Source of the DNA: a bacterium
Lineage (GTDB): Bacteria > Patescibacteriota > Minisyncoccia > Minisyncoccales > CG1-02-41-26
Assembly: GCA_030616605.1 (NCBI GenBank)
Contig: JAUWWY010000001.1
Coordinates: forward strand, 68,251 to 132,250
DNA length: 64,000 nt
Direction: 5' to 3'
The stretch's first letter is position 1. Each line of letters starts with the position of its first letter. Below the pieces are notes generated by a model that was given only the letters and a program-made list of their open reading frames with translations, ran no database searches and was not told the origin of the DNA. Position numbers and translations under genes: made by a program. Below, one piece after another: positions 9,583 through 19,015 of this stretch.

Positions 9583-10035
9583 ATGGGAAAGAAACGTATC
9601 GTTAAAAAAACTGAAAAAGAGCTTTTAGAAGAAAAAGAAAAAGTTGACCAGAAATTAAAAAAAGACATTTCGCTAAAACCCTTAGAAAGAGTAGGAAGGG
9701 GAAGAATTTATATTTCTTCAACCTACAACAATACCATTATTACTTTGACTGACCAATTAGGAAATGTTTTACTTTGGAGAAGCGCTGGCAATATTGGTTT
9801 TAAGGGGACAAAGAAAGGAACTTCTTATGCTGCTTCTCGAGTTGCCCAAGCAATTGCTGAAATTTGTAATAGGCTAAAAATAAAAGAAGTTGATGTTTTT
9901 GTGAAAGGAATTGGGGGAGGAAGAGATACTGCTTTGAGAACTTTGTCAAATCAAGGGTTGGAAATTGAAAGTATTCGAGATGTTACACCGATTCCCCACA
10001 ACGGCTGTCGACCACGAAAACCCCGGAGGGTATAA
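9583..10035 (+). CDS. rpsK: 30S ribosomal protein S11, with charged N-terminal extension
   Basis: STYNNTIITLTD..DVTPIPHNGCRP. Confidence 0.98.
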   Translation: MGKKRIVKKTEKELLEEKEKVDQKLKKDISLKPLERVGRGRIYISSTYNNTIITLTDQLGNVLLWRSAGNIGFKGTKKGTSYAASRVAQAIAEICNRLKIKEVDVFVKGIGGGRDTALRTLSNQGLEIESIRDVTPIPHNGCRPRKPRRV

Positions 10036-10038
10036 TCT

Positions 10039-10674
10039 ATGACGAACAATGTTTGTAAAATTTGTAGAAGAGCAGGAGAGAAACTTTTTTTAAAAGGAGA
10101 AAAGTGTTTATCACCTAAATGTCCACTGGTTAAAAAACCTTATCCTCCTGGTCAGAAAAAAAAGAGGAGAAGAAGAGGGGGAGGTCTCTCTGAGTATGGG
10201 AAAGAATTGCTTGAAAAACAAAAAATGAAACTATGGTATGGGGTTTCCGAACACCAGTTTAAAAATTATGTTAAAGAAGTTTTGAAAAAAAGAGGAGGGA
10301 GTAAAGATGCTTCTCTGGAACTGATTAAAAAACTTGAGAAAAGATTAGATAATGTTATCTATCGCTTGGGATTAGCTTCTTCAAGAGCCCAGGCCCGTCA
10401 GATTGTCAGTCACAGTCATTTTTTAGTGAACAAAAAACCAGTTAACATTCCTTCCTATCAAGTAAAAAAGGGAGATGTAATTTCTCTTAAAAAACAGAAG
10501 ACGGGGAAAGCATATTACAAGACAGTTATTTTAACCTTAAAGCAAACTGAACCTCCTTCTTGGCTCAAATTAGATAAAGAAAAACTAATAGGAAAGGTAA
10601 TTGAAGAACCTACCCTGGAAGATTCCGGTCTTCCTATGGAAATTCCGTCAATTTTTGAGTTTTACTCACGTTAA
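10039..10674 (+). CDS. rpsD: 30S ribosomal protein S4 (Cys-containing zinc form)
   Basis: CKICRR.GEKLFLKG.KC, LEKRLDNVIYRLG, EFYSR. Confidence 0.98.
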   Translation: MTNNVCKICRRAGEKLFLKGEKCLSPKCPLVKKPYPPGQKKKRRRRGGGLSEYGKELLEKQKMKLWYGVSEHQFKNYVKEVLKKRGGSKDASLELIKKLEKRLDNVIYRLGLASSRAQARQIVSHSHFLVNKKPVNIPSYQVKKGDVISLKKQKTGKAYYKTVILTLKQTEPPSWLKLDKEKLIGKVIEEPTLEDSGLPMEIPSIFEFYSR

Positions 10675-10745
10675 AAGAATCCGTAAAGTTCGCCTCTATA
10701 AATTTGCCTAACAAATTTATGTGGTTCACTAACGGTTTCTAACAT

Positions 10746-11702
10746 ATGATTTCATTACCCAATCAACCAAAAATTATCCAAAAAAAAGATAACAAAGCTA
10801 TTTTTGAAATTGAACCGTTGTATCCTGGCTATGGAGTAACTGTTGTTAACACCTATCGCCGAGTTTTACTCTCTTCCTTAGAAGGAGCAGCTATTACCCA
10901 AGTTAAAATTAAAGGAGTTAGCCATGAATTTTCAACTATTCCCGGAGTTTTGGAAGATGTAGTTATGATTTTACTCAATTTAAAAAGAATAAGGCTTAAG
11001 AATTGGAGCGAAGAACCTCAAACTATTACTCTTCATGTTAAGGGCGAAAAAGAAGTAAAAGCTAAGGATTTTAAATTAAATCCTCAAATAAAGTTAGCAA
11101 ATCCAGAAGCCCATATTGCAACACTAACCGAAAAAAAAGCAGAACTTCAAATTGAAGCTAAAATTGAAAAAGGAGTTGGTTATCTTTTATTAGAAGAGAG
11201 AGAAGAGAAAAAAGGTGAAATAGGTGTAATTATGATAGATGCTATTTTTAGTCCGGTAAAAAAAGTGAGTTTCAAAATAGAAAATGTAAGAGTAGGGAAA
11301 AGAACTGACTTTGAAAGATTAGAATTAAAAATTGAAACTGATGGTGTCATAACGCCAGAAGAAGCCTTTTCTCAAGCAACAGATATTTTAGTTGATCACT
11401 TTTCTCTTTTTTCAAAGTTTGGAAAAGAAGAAAAAGTAGCAAAAAAAGCTCCGGATACCAAAACCACAGTGGCTAAAGAAAAAAAAGAAAGCAAAAAAAA
11501 GGATGTTAAAAAAATAGAGATTGAGAGTTTGAAAATTTCTGAAAGAACTAAAAATTCTTTATTGCAAAACAATCTGAAAACAATTGGTGGAATTTTAAGA
11601 AAATCAGAAACAGATCTTTTAAATATTAAAAGTATGGGAGAAAAAGGAATTAAGGAAATAAAGAAAGCATTAAAGAAATTCGGTTTAGAATTGAAAGAAT
11701 AA
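10746..11702 (+). CDS. rpoA: RNA polymerase alpha subunit
   Basis: EPLYPGYGVT..RRVLLSSLEGAA..HEFSTIPGV..DAIFSPV; alpha-CTD present. Confidence 0.98.
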   Translation: MISLPNQPKIIQKKDNKAIFEIEPLYPGYGVTVVNTYRRVLLSSLEGAAITQVKIKGVSHEFSTIPGVLEDVVMILLNLKRIRLKNWSEEPQTITLHVKGEKEVKAKDFKLNPQIKLANPEAHIATLTEKKAELQIEAKIEKGVGYLLLEEREEKKGEIGVIMIDAIFSPVKKVSFKIENVRVGKRTDFERLELKIETDGVITPEEAFSQATDILVDHFSLFSKFGKEEKVAKKAPDTKTTVAKEKKESKKKDVKKIEIESLKISERTKNSLLQNNLKTIGGILRKSETDLLNIKSMGEKGIKEIKKALKKFGLELKE

Positions 11703-11720
11703 TTAAATCTCTATTATTTT

Positions 11721-12071
11721 ATGCGTAAGTTAAAAAAAGGGAAAAAATTTTCAAGAAAACGAAATCAAAGAAAGGCATTGATAAAAAGTTTAAGTGCTGA
11801 ACTTTTTTTACATGAAAGAATTAGAACAACCGAGGCCAAAGCAAAAGAATTAAGAAGATTTGCTGAAAAATTTATAACTTGGGCTAAAAAGGGAGATTTA
11901 GCTTCAAGAAGATATTTATTGCGTTATTTTCAAAAAAAATTAGTTAAAAAATTAATTGATGAAATTGGTCCCAGATTTAAACAAAGACAAGGAGGATATA
12001 CCAGGATTATAAAGTTAGGTCCCAGAAAAAGTGATGGAGCAAAGATAGCAATAATAGAGTTGCTAAAGTAA
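11721..12071 (+). CDS. rplQ: 50S ribosomal protein L17
   Basis: [28 protein letters not shown]. Confidence 0.98.
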   Translation: MRKLKKGKKFSRKRNQRKALIKSLSAELFLHERIRTTEAKAKELRRFAEKFITWAKKGDLASRRYLLRYFQKKLVKKLIDEIGPRFKQRQGGYTRIIKLGPRKSDGAKIAIIELLK

Positions 12072-12073
12072 TT

Positions 12074-12421
12074 ATGCAGCGCAAAACCAATACAATAGAT
12101 GCTAACGGGAAAGTATTAGGACGATTAGCAGTAGAAATCGCGAGATTACTACGGGGTAAAGATAAACCAGATTTTATGCCGCACAAAGATGAGGGAGATT
12201 TCGTAGTGGTCAAAAATGTTAAGAAAATAAAAGTAACCGGTAAGAAAATGAAACAAAAAGTTTATTACCGCTATAGTGGTTATCCTGGAGGATTAAAGGA
12301 AATCCCGATGGAAAAACTTTTTAAAGAAAGACCCCAGGAAGTACTAAAAAGGGCGGTTTGGGGAATGTTGCCTAAAAACAAATTGAGAGCAAAAATGATG
12401 AAACGTTTGAAGATAACATAA
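12074..12421 (+). CDS. rplM: 50S ribosomal protein L13
   Basis: [32 protein letters not shown]. Confidence 0.97.
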   Translation: MQRKTNTIDANGKVLGRLAVEIARLLRGKDKPDFMPHKDEGDFVVVKNVKKIKVTGKKMKQKVYYRYSGYPGGLKEIPMEKLFKERPQEVLKRAVWGMLPKNKLRAKMMKRLKIT

Positions 12422-12425
12422 AATT

Positions 12426-12947
12426 ATGCCTAAAGTTAAAACTACGACAAAAACTAAAACCAAAAAAACTAAAGAAACCAAAAAAAATCGCCAGGCGATA
12501 GCCAAAAAGATAAGAAAAAAAACTCCCTTAAAAGAAGAGAAAGAATTAGACAAGGAACCAAAGTATTTTGAGGCAGTTGGACGGAGAAAGACTTCAATTG
12601 CCAGAGTTCGGCTTTTTACTCAAGGAAAAAAAGAGATTTTAATTAATAATAAACCTTACAAAGTTTATTTTCCGATTTTGTCTCTACAAAAAGATGTTGA
12701 AGCGCCATTTGAAAAATTAAATTGTTTGGACAAATTTAGCACCTCTATTAGAGTGAAGGGAGGGGGAATTTTTTCTCAGGCAGGGGCTTGTCGCCATGGT
12801 TTATCCCGGGCTCTGGTTTTACTTAACCCTTATTTCAGAAAAAGATTAAAAAAAGCTGGTTTTTTGACTCGGGATTCTCGGATGAGAGAAAGAAAAAAGT
12901 TTGGTTTAAAGAGAGCCAGGAGGGCTCCTCAGTGGTCAAAAAGATAA
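12426..12947 (+). CDS. rpsI: 30S ribosomal protein S9, with Lys/Thr-rich N-terminal extension
   Basis: GRRKTSIARV..GGG..QAGA.RHG..ERKKFGLKRARRAPQWSKR. Confidence 0.97.
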   Translation: MPKVKTTTKTKTKKTKETKKNRQAIAKKIRKKTPLKEEKELDKEPKYFEAVGRRKTSIARVRLFTQGKKEILINNKPYKVYFPILSLQKDVEAPFEKLNCLDKFSTSIRVKGGGIFSQAGACRHGLSRALVLLNPYFRKRLKKAGFLTRDSRMRERKKFGLKRARRAPQWSKR

Positions 12948-12948
12948 T

Positions 12949-13641
12949 ATGCTTAGAGAACTTATTGACAAATTTTATTTGGATCAACAGAAAAATAAAG
13001 AGCAGACTCGCTTTTATATTTCAGATGCTGGCAAGTGTTCCAGAACAGTCTTTTTTAAATTTAAAAATGCACCCCGGGAAAAGCTGGATGCCCGGATTTT
13101 AAGGATATTTGACCATGGGGAATATCTTCATAGAAACATTTTTAATATTTTATATCGTCTAAGAATTGGCGTAACAACAGAAGTGCCAATTCCGGCTCAA
13201 GAAATAGTATCTGGCAGAGCCGATGCTATTGTATGTATAGACAATGAAAATTATGTCCTGGATATTAAAAGTATGAACAGCATGATTTTTAGAAATTTGA
13301 CTGCTCCTAAAGAAGAAAACGTTTATCAGCTTCAGCTTTATCTTCATTATTTCAATATTAAAAAAGGAATATTGTTTTATATAGACAAAGACCGGCAAAA
13401 CATTAAAGAATTTATAATTGATTACGACCCTGATCTTTGCCAGCGCCTTTTAAACGATTTTAAAGAGCTTAAAGAAAAAATTGATTCTGATATTGTACCC
13501 CAAACTCTTCTTGATTATCCAGATAATTGGCAATGTAGTTACTGTCCCTTCCGAGTAATTTGCGATATGGCATCCAGAGAAGAAATTAGTTGGCTAGAGT
13601 TTAAAAAAAAGATTCAAGAACAAAGTGGAAAAAGCCAATAA
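12949..13641 (+). CDS. Solo Cas4-like PD-(D/E)XK nuclease with predicted 4Fe-4S cysteines
   Basis: N-terminal Cys (AGKCSR), G.YLH, GRADA..VLDIKS, QLQLY, C-terminal CSYCPFRVIC. Confidence 0.8.
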   Translation: MLRELIDKFYLDQQKNKEQTRFYISDAGKCSRTVFFKFKNAPREKLDARILRIFDHGEYLHRNIFNILYRLRIGVTTEVPIPAQEIVSGRADAIVCIDNENYVLDIKSMNSMIFRNLTAPKEENVYQLQLYLHYFNIKKGILFYIDKDRQNIKEFIIDYDPDLCQRLLNDFKELKEKIDSDIVPQTLLDYPDNWQCSYCPFRVICDMASREEISWLEFKKKIQEQSGKSQ

Positions 13642-13685
13642 TTATGACTTTATTTGACAAAATAAAAATGGTAAAATGAGATAAT

Positions 13686-14558
13686 ATGTTTCAGATAAAT
13701 AAAAACATTCTAAAAGAAGTTTACAAAAAAAGATCTCCTGATGCTAAAAAGTATGATTTTGGATTATTATTGGTTATTGGTGGTTCTCAGTTTTATACTG
13801 GTTCACCGGCTTTTTCGGCAATGGCAGCCTTCAGAGCAGGATGCGATATGATTCATATTATGGCTCCCAAAAGAGCGGCTGATATTATAGCTTCTTTTTC
13901 TCCAAATCTAGCAACTTATCCTTTAAAGGGGGTCTGGTTAGATAAGGAGGATTTAGCCACCTTAATTTCAATGACCGAATCAGCGAAGAGAGTAAGCAAT
14001 AATAAAACAGCAGTGGTAATCGGCGGGGGTTTAGGGAGGTCAGATGAAACAAAAGATACAATCTTAGAATATCTCAGTCAAATTGATATTCCTTCTGTAA
14101 TTGATGCTGATGCTATTTTTGCTTTATCTAAAAATCCAGAAGTTATTAAAGGAAAAAATTGCTTAATTACTCCTCATGCTTATGAATTTTTTCTCTTGAC
14201 TAATAAAGAAGTTTCAGGGTTAGAAGATGAAAAGAAAATAAGTTTAGTTCAAGAAGAAGCTGAAAGATTAGAAGCAACTATTTTACTTAAAGGAAAAAAG
14301 GATATTATAGTTTCTAGTAAAAGAGAAATTGCTCTAAATAAATCAGGCTCTCCTTCAATGACTGTTGGAGGAACAGGAGATACATTAGCTGGAATTGCAG
14401 GCGCTTTGATGTCTCGAGGAATAGAAACTTTTAAAGCTGGCTGTGCTGCTTCCTATATCAATGGATTAGCTGGAGAAAGAGCAGCTAAAAAATTAGGAGA
14501 ATCAATGTTAGCCACTGATTTAATTGAGGAAATTCCTTACGTTTTACCCAAGACCTAA
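13686..14558 (+). CDS. nnrD: ADP-dependent NAD(P)H-hydrate dehydratase (YjeF-C)
   Basis: GLLLVIGGS.FYTGSP, VIGGGLG, VIDADA, ITPH..EF, GGTGDTLAG. Confidence 0.92.
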   Translation: MFQINKNILKEVYKKRSPDAKKYDFGLLLVIGGSQFYTGSPAFSAMAAFRAGCDMIHIMAPKRAADIIASFSPNLATYPLKGVWLDKEDLATLISMTESAKRVSNNKTAVVIGGGLGRSDETKDTILEYLSQIDIPSVIDADAIFALSKNPEVIKGKNCLITPHAYEFFLLTNKEVSGLEDEKKISLVQEEAERLEATILLKGKKDIIVSSKREIALNKSGSPSMTVGGTGDTLAGIAGALMSRGIETFKAGCAASYINGLAGERAAKKLGESMLATDLIEEIPYVLPKT

Positions 14559-14580
14559 TTGTTTAGCTGATTAAGAGATT

Positions 14581-14609
14581 AACTATGAGTTTTAACCTCA
14601 TAGTTTTTA
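14581..14609 (+). terminator. Hairpin with T-tract after nnrD
   Basis: AACTATGAG-TTTTAAC-CTCATAGTT-TTT. Confidence 0.55.
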
Positions 14610-14650
14610 TTTACCCAGCACCACTTTCTAAAAAAGTGGTGCTGGGTTTA
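14610..14650. repeat. Short palindromic element, copy 1, flanked by TTTA direct repeats
   Basis: TTTA-CCCAGCACCACTTT-CTAAA-AAAGTGGTGCTGGG-TTTA; same arms at 24718-24759. Confidence 0.85.
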
Positions 14651-14688
14651 CTTGCCAAAATTTTAATTTTTGGTTAAACTAAAAAGAT

Positions 14689-15948
14689 ATGAGTGAAAAA
14701 TTCTTAATTAGGGGTCAAGAGAAGCTTGAAGGTGAAATTGAAGTCAGGGGAGCAAAGAATGCTGCTGGTCCTGTTTTAGCAGCAACGCTTCTGACTGATA
14801 AAGAGTGTATTATTGGTAATCTTCCCAAAGTTGCTGATATTTTAAATCTTTTAGATATATTAAAAGATATTGGAAAAGAAATAGAATGGACTGGCGAAAG
14901 AGAAATTAGGATAAAAGGGGGAGAAATTGACCCCCAAAAATTAGATTTTGAAAAGATTTCCAAATCAAGAACTTCTGTTCTTTTAATAGGCGGCCTTTTA
15001 TCTCAAATCAGAGAATTTAAAATTTCCCGGCCCGGAGGAGACAGAATTGGCCTGAGACCCATCAATGTCCATCTTAATGCTCTAAGAGAATTGGGGGTCG
15101 AGATAAAAGAGAACGGAGATTTTTATTATTTTAAATCGGAAAAACTTCAGGGAAAAGAAATTACTTTACCGGAATTTAGTGTAACCGCTACTGAAAATTT
15201 AATAATGGCAACTGTTTTAGCTGAAGGAAAAACAGTGATTAAGGGAGTGGCTCAGGAACCCCAGATTCAAGATTTGATTGAAATGTTGAATAAAATGGGA
15301 GCTAAGATTGAAAAGGTCTGGCCTAATATTTTAAAAATTGAAGGAGTTGAAAAATTAAAAGGCGTGGAACATAAAATTATTCCTGATCCGATTGAAGCGG
15401 GAACTTTTTTGGTAATTGGAGCTCTCAGAGGAAAAAAGGTTTTAGTAAAAAACTTGAATCCCGAACACTTAAATCTCTTTTTGATAAAACTTAAAGAGAT
15501 AGGGGTTAATTTCAAAAAAAATAAGGATTCAATTGAAATCCAAAAAACAGAGAATTTAAGACCTGTTAGAATTCAAGCCCTTCCTTATCCCGGCTTTCCA
15601 ACCGACCTTTTACCTTTAATTATTCCTCTTTTAACTCAAATTAAAGGAAAAAGTTTGATTCATGATCCTTTGTATGAAAATAGATTAAATTATGTTCATC
15701 AATTGAGAAAAATGGGAGCTGATATTGAAATTGTTGATCCTCATAGAGCTTTTATTTTCGGAAAAACTCCTCTTCAAGGGGTAACTATTGAATCCTGGGA
15801 CATAAGAGCAGGGGCGGCATTAGTTGTAGCTGCTCTTATGGCAGAGGGGGAGAGCAGAGTTGAAAATATTTATCAGATAGACAGGGGATATGAGAAGCTG
15901 GAAGAAAGACTTCAAAAACTAGGAGCAGATATAAAACGAATAAACTAA
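14689..15948 (+). CDS. murA: UDP-N-acetylglucosamine 1-carboxyvinyltransferase (Asp in place of the catalytic-loop Cys)
   Basis: GAKNAA, PGGDRIGLRP..HL, SVTATEN, PYPGFPTDL, DIRAGAA, IDRGYE. Confidence 0.96.
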   Translation: MSEKFLIRGQEKLEGEIEVRGAKNAAGPVLAATLLTDKECIIGNLPKVADILNLLDILKDIGKEIEWTGEREIRIKGGEIDPQKLDFEKISKSRTSVLLIGGLLSQIREFKISRPGGDRIGLRPINVHLNALRELGVEIKENGDFYYFKSEKLQGKEITLPEFSVTATENLIMATVLAEGKTVIKGVAQEPQIQDLIEMLNKMGAKIEKVWPNILKIEGVEKLKGVEHKIIPDPIEAGTFLVIGALRGKKVLVKNLNPEHLNLFLIKLKEIGVNFKKNKDSIEIQKTENLRPVRIQALPYPGFPTDLLPLIIPLLTQIKGKSLIHDPLYENRLNYVHQLRKMGADIEIVDPHRAFIFGKTPLQGVTIESWDIRAGAALVVAALMAEGESRVENIYQIDRGYEKLEERLQKLGADIKRIN

Positions 15949-15960
15949 TAATTGAAAACT

Positions 15961-16974
15961 ATGTTTTTATTTACCACTAAAATAGCAATTGATCTGGGAA
16001 CTTGCAATTCACTGGTTTTTGTTCCCAAAAGGGAAATAATTTTACAGGAACCTTCAGTAGTAGCTATAACTTATCCAGAGAAAAAGATTTTAGCTGTGGG
16101 TGAAGAAGCAAAATTAATGATTGGGCGTACTCCCGAGACAATAAGAGTCTACCGTCCCTTAAAAGACGGGGTTATTGCTGATTATAAAGTAACTCAAGCC
16201 ATGCTCAGGCATTTTATTGAGAAAGCTCAACATAGATTTAATCCTTTTAAGCCTGATTTAGTAATTTCTATCCCTGCTGGTTCTACTTCCACTGAAAGGA
16301 GAGCAGTAATTGAAGCTGCTTTAAGTTCCGGGGCAAGGCGAGCTTTTGTTGTTAAAGAACCGATATTGGCAGCAATTGGGGCTGGAATTCCTATTAATTC
16401 AAGTCAGGGTAATATAGTTATTGATGTTGGTGGGGGAACTTCAGAAATTGCCGTGATTTCTCTTGGTGGTATTGTTGCTTCCGATTCCATCAGAATCGGT
16501 GGAGACAAAATGGATTCGGCTATTTCAGATTATATTAAAAAGAAATATAATTTAGCAATTGGCACTCAAACAGCCGAAGAAATAAAAATAAAGATTGGCT
16601 CAGCGACTCATCAGAAAAAAGAAAATTTTTTTGAAGTCAAGGGAAGAGATTTGATTTCCGGACTACCAAGAAACATTAAAGTTTCTTCCAATAAATTAGT
16701 TGAACCTTTAGAGGCGGTTTTACAAGAGATTATAGAAGCAATAAAAAAAGTCTTAAGAAGAACCCCGCCGGAACTTGCAGCAGATATTATGGATAAGGGA
16801 ATGATTCTTACTGGTGGAGGAGCTTTACTGAGAAACATTGATCAATCAATAGCTAGGGCTACTGGTGTACCTTGTTTTGTCGGTGAAGATTCTTTATTTT
16901 GCGTAATTAAGGGAATAGGAGTGGTTCTCGAGAACTTGGAAACTTATAAGAAAAGTCTAATGAGTAAGAAGTAG
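15961..16974 (+). CDS. mreB: Rod shape-determining protein MreB/Mbl, paralogue 1
   Basis: IAIDLGT, EPSVVA, RPLKDGVIAD, IDVGGGTSE, LTGGGALL; ATG at 15961 preferred over TTG 15952. Confidence 0.95.
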   Translation: MFLFTTKIAIDLGTCNSLVFVPKREIILQEPSVVAITYPEKKILAVGEEAKLMIGRTPETIRVYRPLKDGVIADYKVTQAMLRHFIEKAQHRFNPFKPDLVISIPAGSTSTERRAVIEAALSSGARRAFVVKEPILAAIGAGIPINSSQGNIVIDVGGGTSEIAVISLGGIVASDSIRIGGDKMDSAISDYIKKKYNLAIGTQTAEEIKIKIGSATHQKKENFFEVKGRDLISGLPRNIKVSSNKLVEPLEAVLQEIIEAIKKVLRRTPPELAADIMDKGMILTGGGALLRNIDQSIARATGVPCFVGEDSLFCVIKGIGVVLENLETYKKSLMSKK

Positions 16975-16975
16975 T

Positions 16976-17935
16976 ATGCTTATTGGTCATAAAACTCAAT
17001 GGAAATTTCTTTGCCAAATAGCCGAGAATTCAAGAGTTGCCCAGGCAATGATTTTTTCTGGTCAAGATTCTTTAGGTAAAAAGAAAGTTGCTTTAGAGTT
17101 TGTCAAACTTTTAAGTTGTCAGGAAAAAGATTTTAAAAAGAAACCTTGTCAGAAGTGTTTATCTTGTAAAATAATTGAAAAAAATCAACACCCGGATTTA
17201 ACCTTAATAGCTCCAGAGAAAAAAGAAATTCAAATTTCCCAAATTAGAGATTTACAAAAGAATTTAAGTTTTAAGTCTCAAATTTCTTCTTTCAAATTTG
17301 CAATTATTGACCGAGCTGAAACTTTAAATTCTCAAGCTCAAAATTGTTTTTTAAAAACCCTGGAAGAACCAAAAGGTGATTCCTTATTGATTCTTGTTAC
17401 TTCTCAACCGAAAAACTTGTTTCGAACTATTTATTCAAGATGTCAGATTTTAAAATTTTATCCTCTTTCCTTTAAGGAGATAAAAGAGTATTTTAAATCT
17501 CAGCTTTCATCTTCAGAACTTGAAAAAATCTTTATAATATCTCAAGGAAAACCGGGTAAAATCATAGAATTTTTAAACAATCCTCAAAAATCTTTTTCAG
17601 TTTTTAAATCTTTTAAAGAAATAGAAAATTTGTTGAAATTAAATCTTTCTGAGAAATTTTCTTTCTCTAAAAATTTTTTTGAAGGAGAAACAAACGAAGA
17701 AAATTTAGTTTATTTTCTGGAAAACTTTGAGAACTATTTAAGAATAGTTTTTTTGAAAAAAGTGGGAATAAAAAATGAGGTTCTTGATTCTCTTTCTTTA
17801 AAAGTTCCCCAAGATTACTCTTTTTTTAAAATTAAAAAAGTAATTGATTCTATTGAAGATTTAAGGATTTTAAGCTCCCGGACCAATATTAATCAAAAAT
17901 TAGCTTTTGAAAACTTAATGATTACCCTCGGTTAA
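16976..17935 (+). CDS. holB: DNA polymerase III subunit delta'
   Basis: Zn motif C..PCQKCLSC, HPD, QN.FLKTLEEP, TI.SRC. Confidence 0.9.
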   Translation: MLIGHKTQWKFLCQIAENSRVAQAMIFSGQDSLGKKKVALEFVKLLSCQEKDFKKKPCQKCLSCKIIEKNQHPDLTLIAPEKKEIQISQIRDLQKNLSFKSQISSFKFAIIDRAETLNSQAQNCFLKTLEEPKGDSLLILVTSQPKNLFRTIYSRCQILKFYPLSFKEIKEYFKSQLSSSELEKIFIISQGKPGKIIEFLNNPQKSFSVFKSFKEIENLLKLNLSEKFSFSKNFFEGETNEENLVYFLENFENYLRIVFLKKVGIKNEVLDSLSLKVPQDYSFFKIKKVIDSIEDLRILSSRTNINQKLAFENLMITLG

Positions 17936-17949
17936 CTCCACGGTAACTT

Positions 17950-18507
17950 ATGTCCTATCAAGAAATTTTAGATAAAATTAAACCTAATCTTGAAAAAGCT
18001 TTAGAGTTTTTCAAGGAGCAATTAAAAGAGATTCGGACCGGCGGAGTGTCGGCTGGTTTTATTGAAAATCTTAAAGTTGACTGCTTTGACTCGGTTTTGT
18101 CGTTGAAACAACTGGGAGCTATTTCAGTACCTTCTCCCCAGAAAATTTTAGTTCAACTTTGGGATAAAAGCTATCTTGAACAAGTTATTAAAGCCATTGA
18201 ACAGGAAAATCTCGGTTTTAGTATCAATATAGATGGTAATAATGTTTATCTTTTAGCTCCTCCTTTAACAGAGGAAAATAAGAAGATATTAATCAAGTTT
18301 TTAAACAAAAGAAAAGAAGAAATTTTTCAAAATATTCGCCATATAAGAGATGACGGGTGGAAAGAAATTCAAGATGGTTTTCAAAAAAGCGAGATTAGAG
18401 AAGATGATAAATATCGGGGAAAAGATGAATTAGAGGAACTTATCCGGGACTATCGAGAAAAAATAGAAGTTCTGGTTGAAAATAAAGAAAAAGAAATCCA
18501 AAGATAA
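17950..18507 (+). CDS. frr: Ribosome recycling factor
   Basis: IRTG, LKQLG.ISV, PPLTEE, IR.IR.D, EDD, KEKEI. Confidence 0.93.
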   Translation: MSYQEILDKIKPNLEKALEFFKEQLKEIRTGGVSAGFIENLKVDCFDSVLSLKQLGAISVPSPQKILVQLWDKSYLEQVIKAIEQENLGFSINIDGNNVYLLAPPLTEENKKILIKFLNKRKEEIFQNIRHIRDDGWKEIQDGFQKSEIREDDKYRGKDELEELIRDYREKIEVLVENKEKEIQR

Positions 18508-18580
18508 TATCCTTGACATAAGAAGAATTTTGTGTTAACATATAAGTGTTCATTAAAATTTAAAATAGGAGAATTTAAAA

Positions 18581-18934
18581 ATGACAACAAAACAAAGATT
18601 GGAAGATATCTGGGAGCAATACTTGAAAAAGGGGTTGGGAGGACTAACCGACTACGAGCTGCTTTCCATGATGGATGATATGGACCAATTAAGAGAAAGC
18701 GCTTTTCAGGAACTCTTAAAACGGGGGACACATAGTTATAACCTTCGTTATATCATGAGGGTTTTTGAGTCCTATAGAGAGAGAGCCTGGAAGGAATTGG
18801 AAAGACTGGGTCCAAGCAGCTATGACCTGGAATACATCATCAACTTTGTTGAGTCCTTAAAAGGAAAAGCTTCTAGATTACTCAGAAAAATAGAGCATCA
18901 TAAAGAAAGGAAAAAACTAAGAATCATTTCTTAA
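18581..18934 (+). CDS. Hypothetical helical-repeat protein (~28 aa repeats)
   Basis: Own TTGACA promoter (18513), SD AGGAG, repeats LRESAFQELLKRG..YNLRYIM / YRERAWKELERLG..YDLEYII. Confidence 0.75.
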   Translation: MTTKQRLEDIWEQYLKKGLGGLTDYELLSMMDDMDQLRESAFQELLKRGTHSYNLRYIMRVFESYRERAWKELERLGPSSYDLEYIINFVESLKGKASRLLRKIEHHKERKKLRIIS

Positions 18935-18941
18935 ACTTTCT

Positions 18942-18974
18942 AAAAAGTGCACTGGTTATCAGTGTACTTTTTTT
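18942..18974 (+). terminator. Intrinsic terminator
   Basis: AAAAAGTGCACTG-GTTAT-CAGTGTACTTTTTTT. Confidence 0.8.
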
Positions 18975-19015
18975 AAACTCTCGACAAATAATTATAATTT
19001 TGTTAAGATATTAAT

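Noticed and set aside
12949..13641. CRISPR-Cas locus
   Set aside because: Only a Cas4-like gene; no cas1/cas2, effector genes or repeat-spacer array seen in the window.
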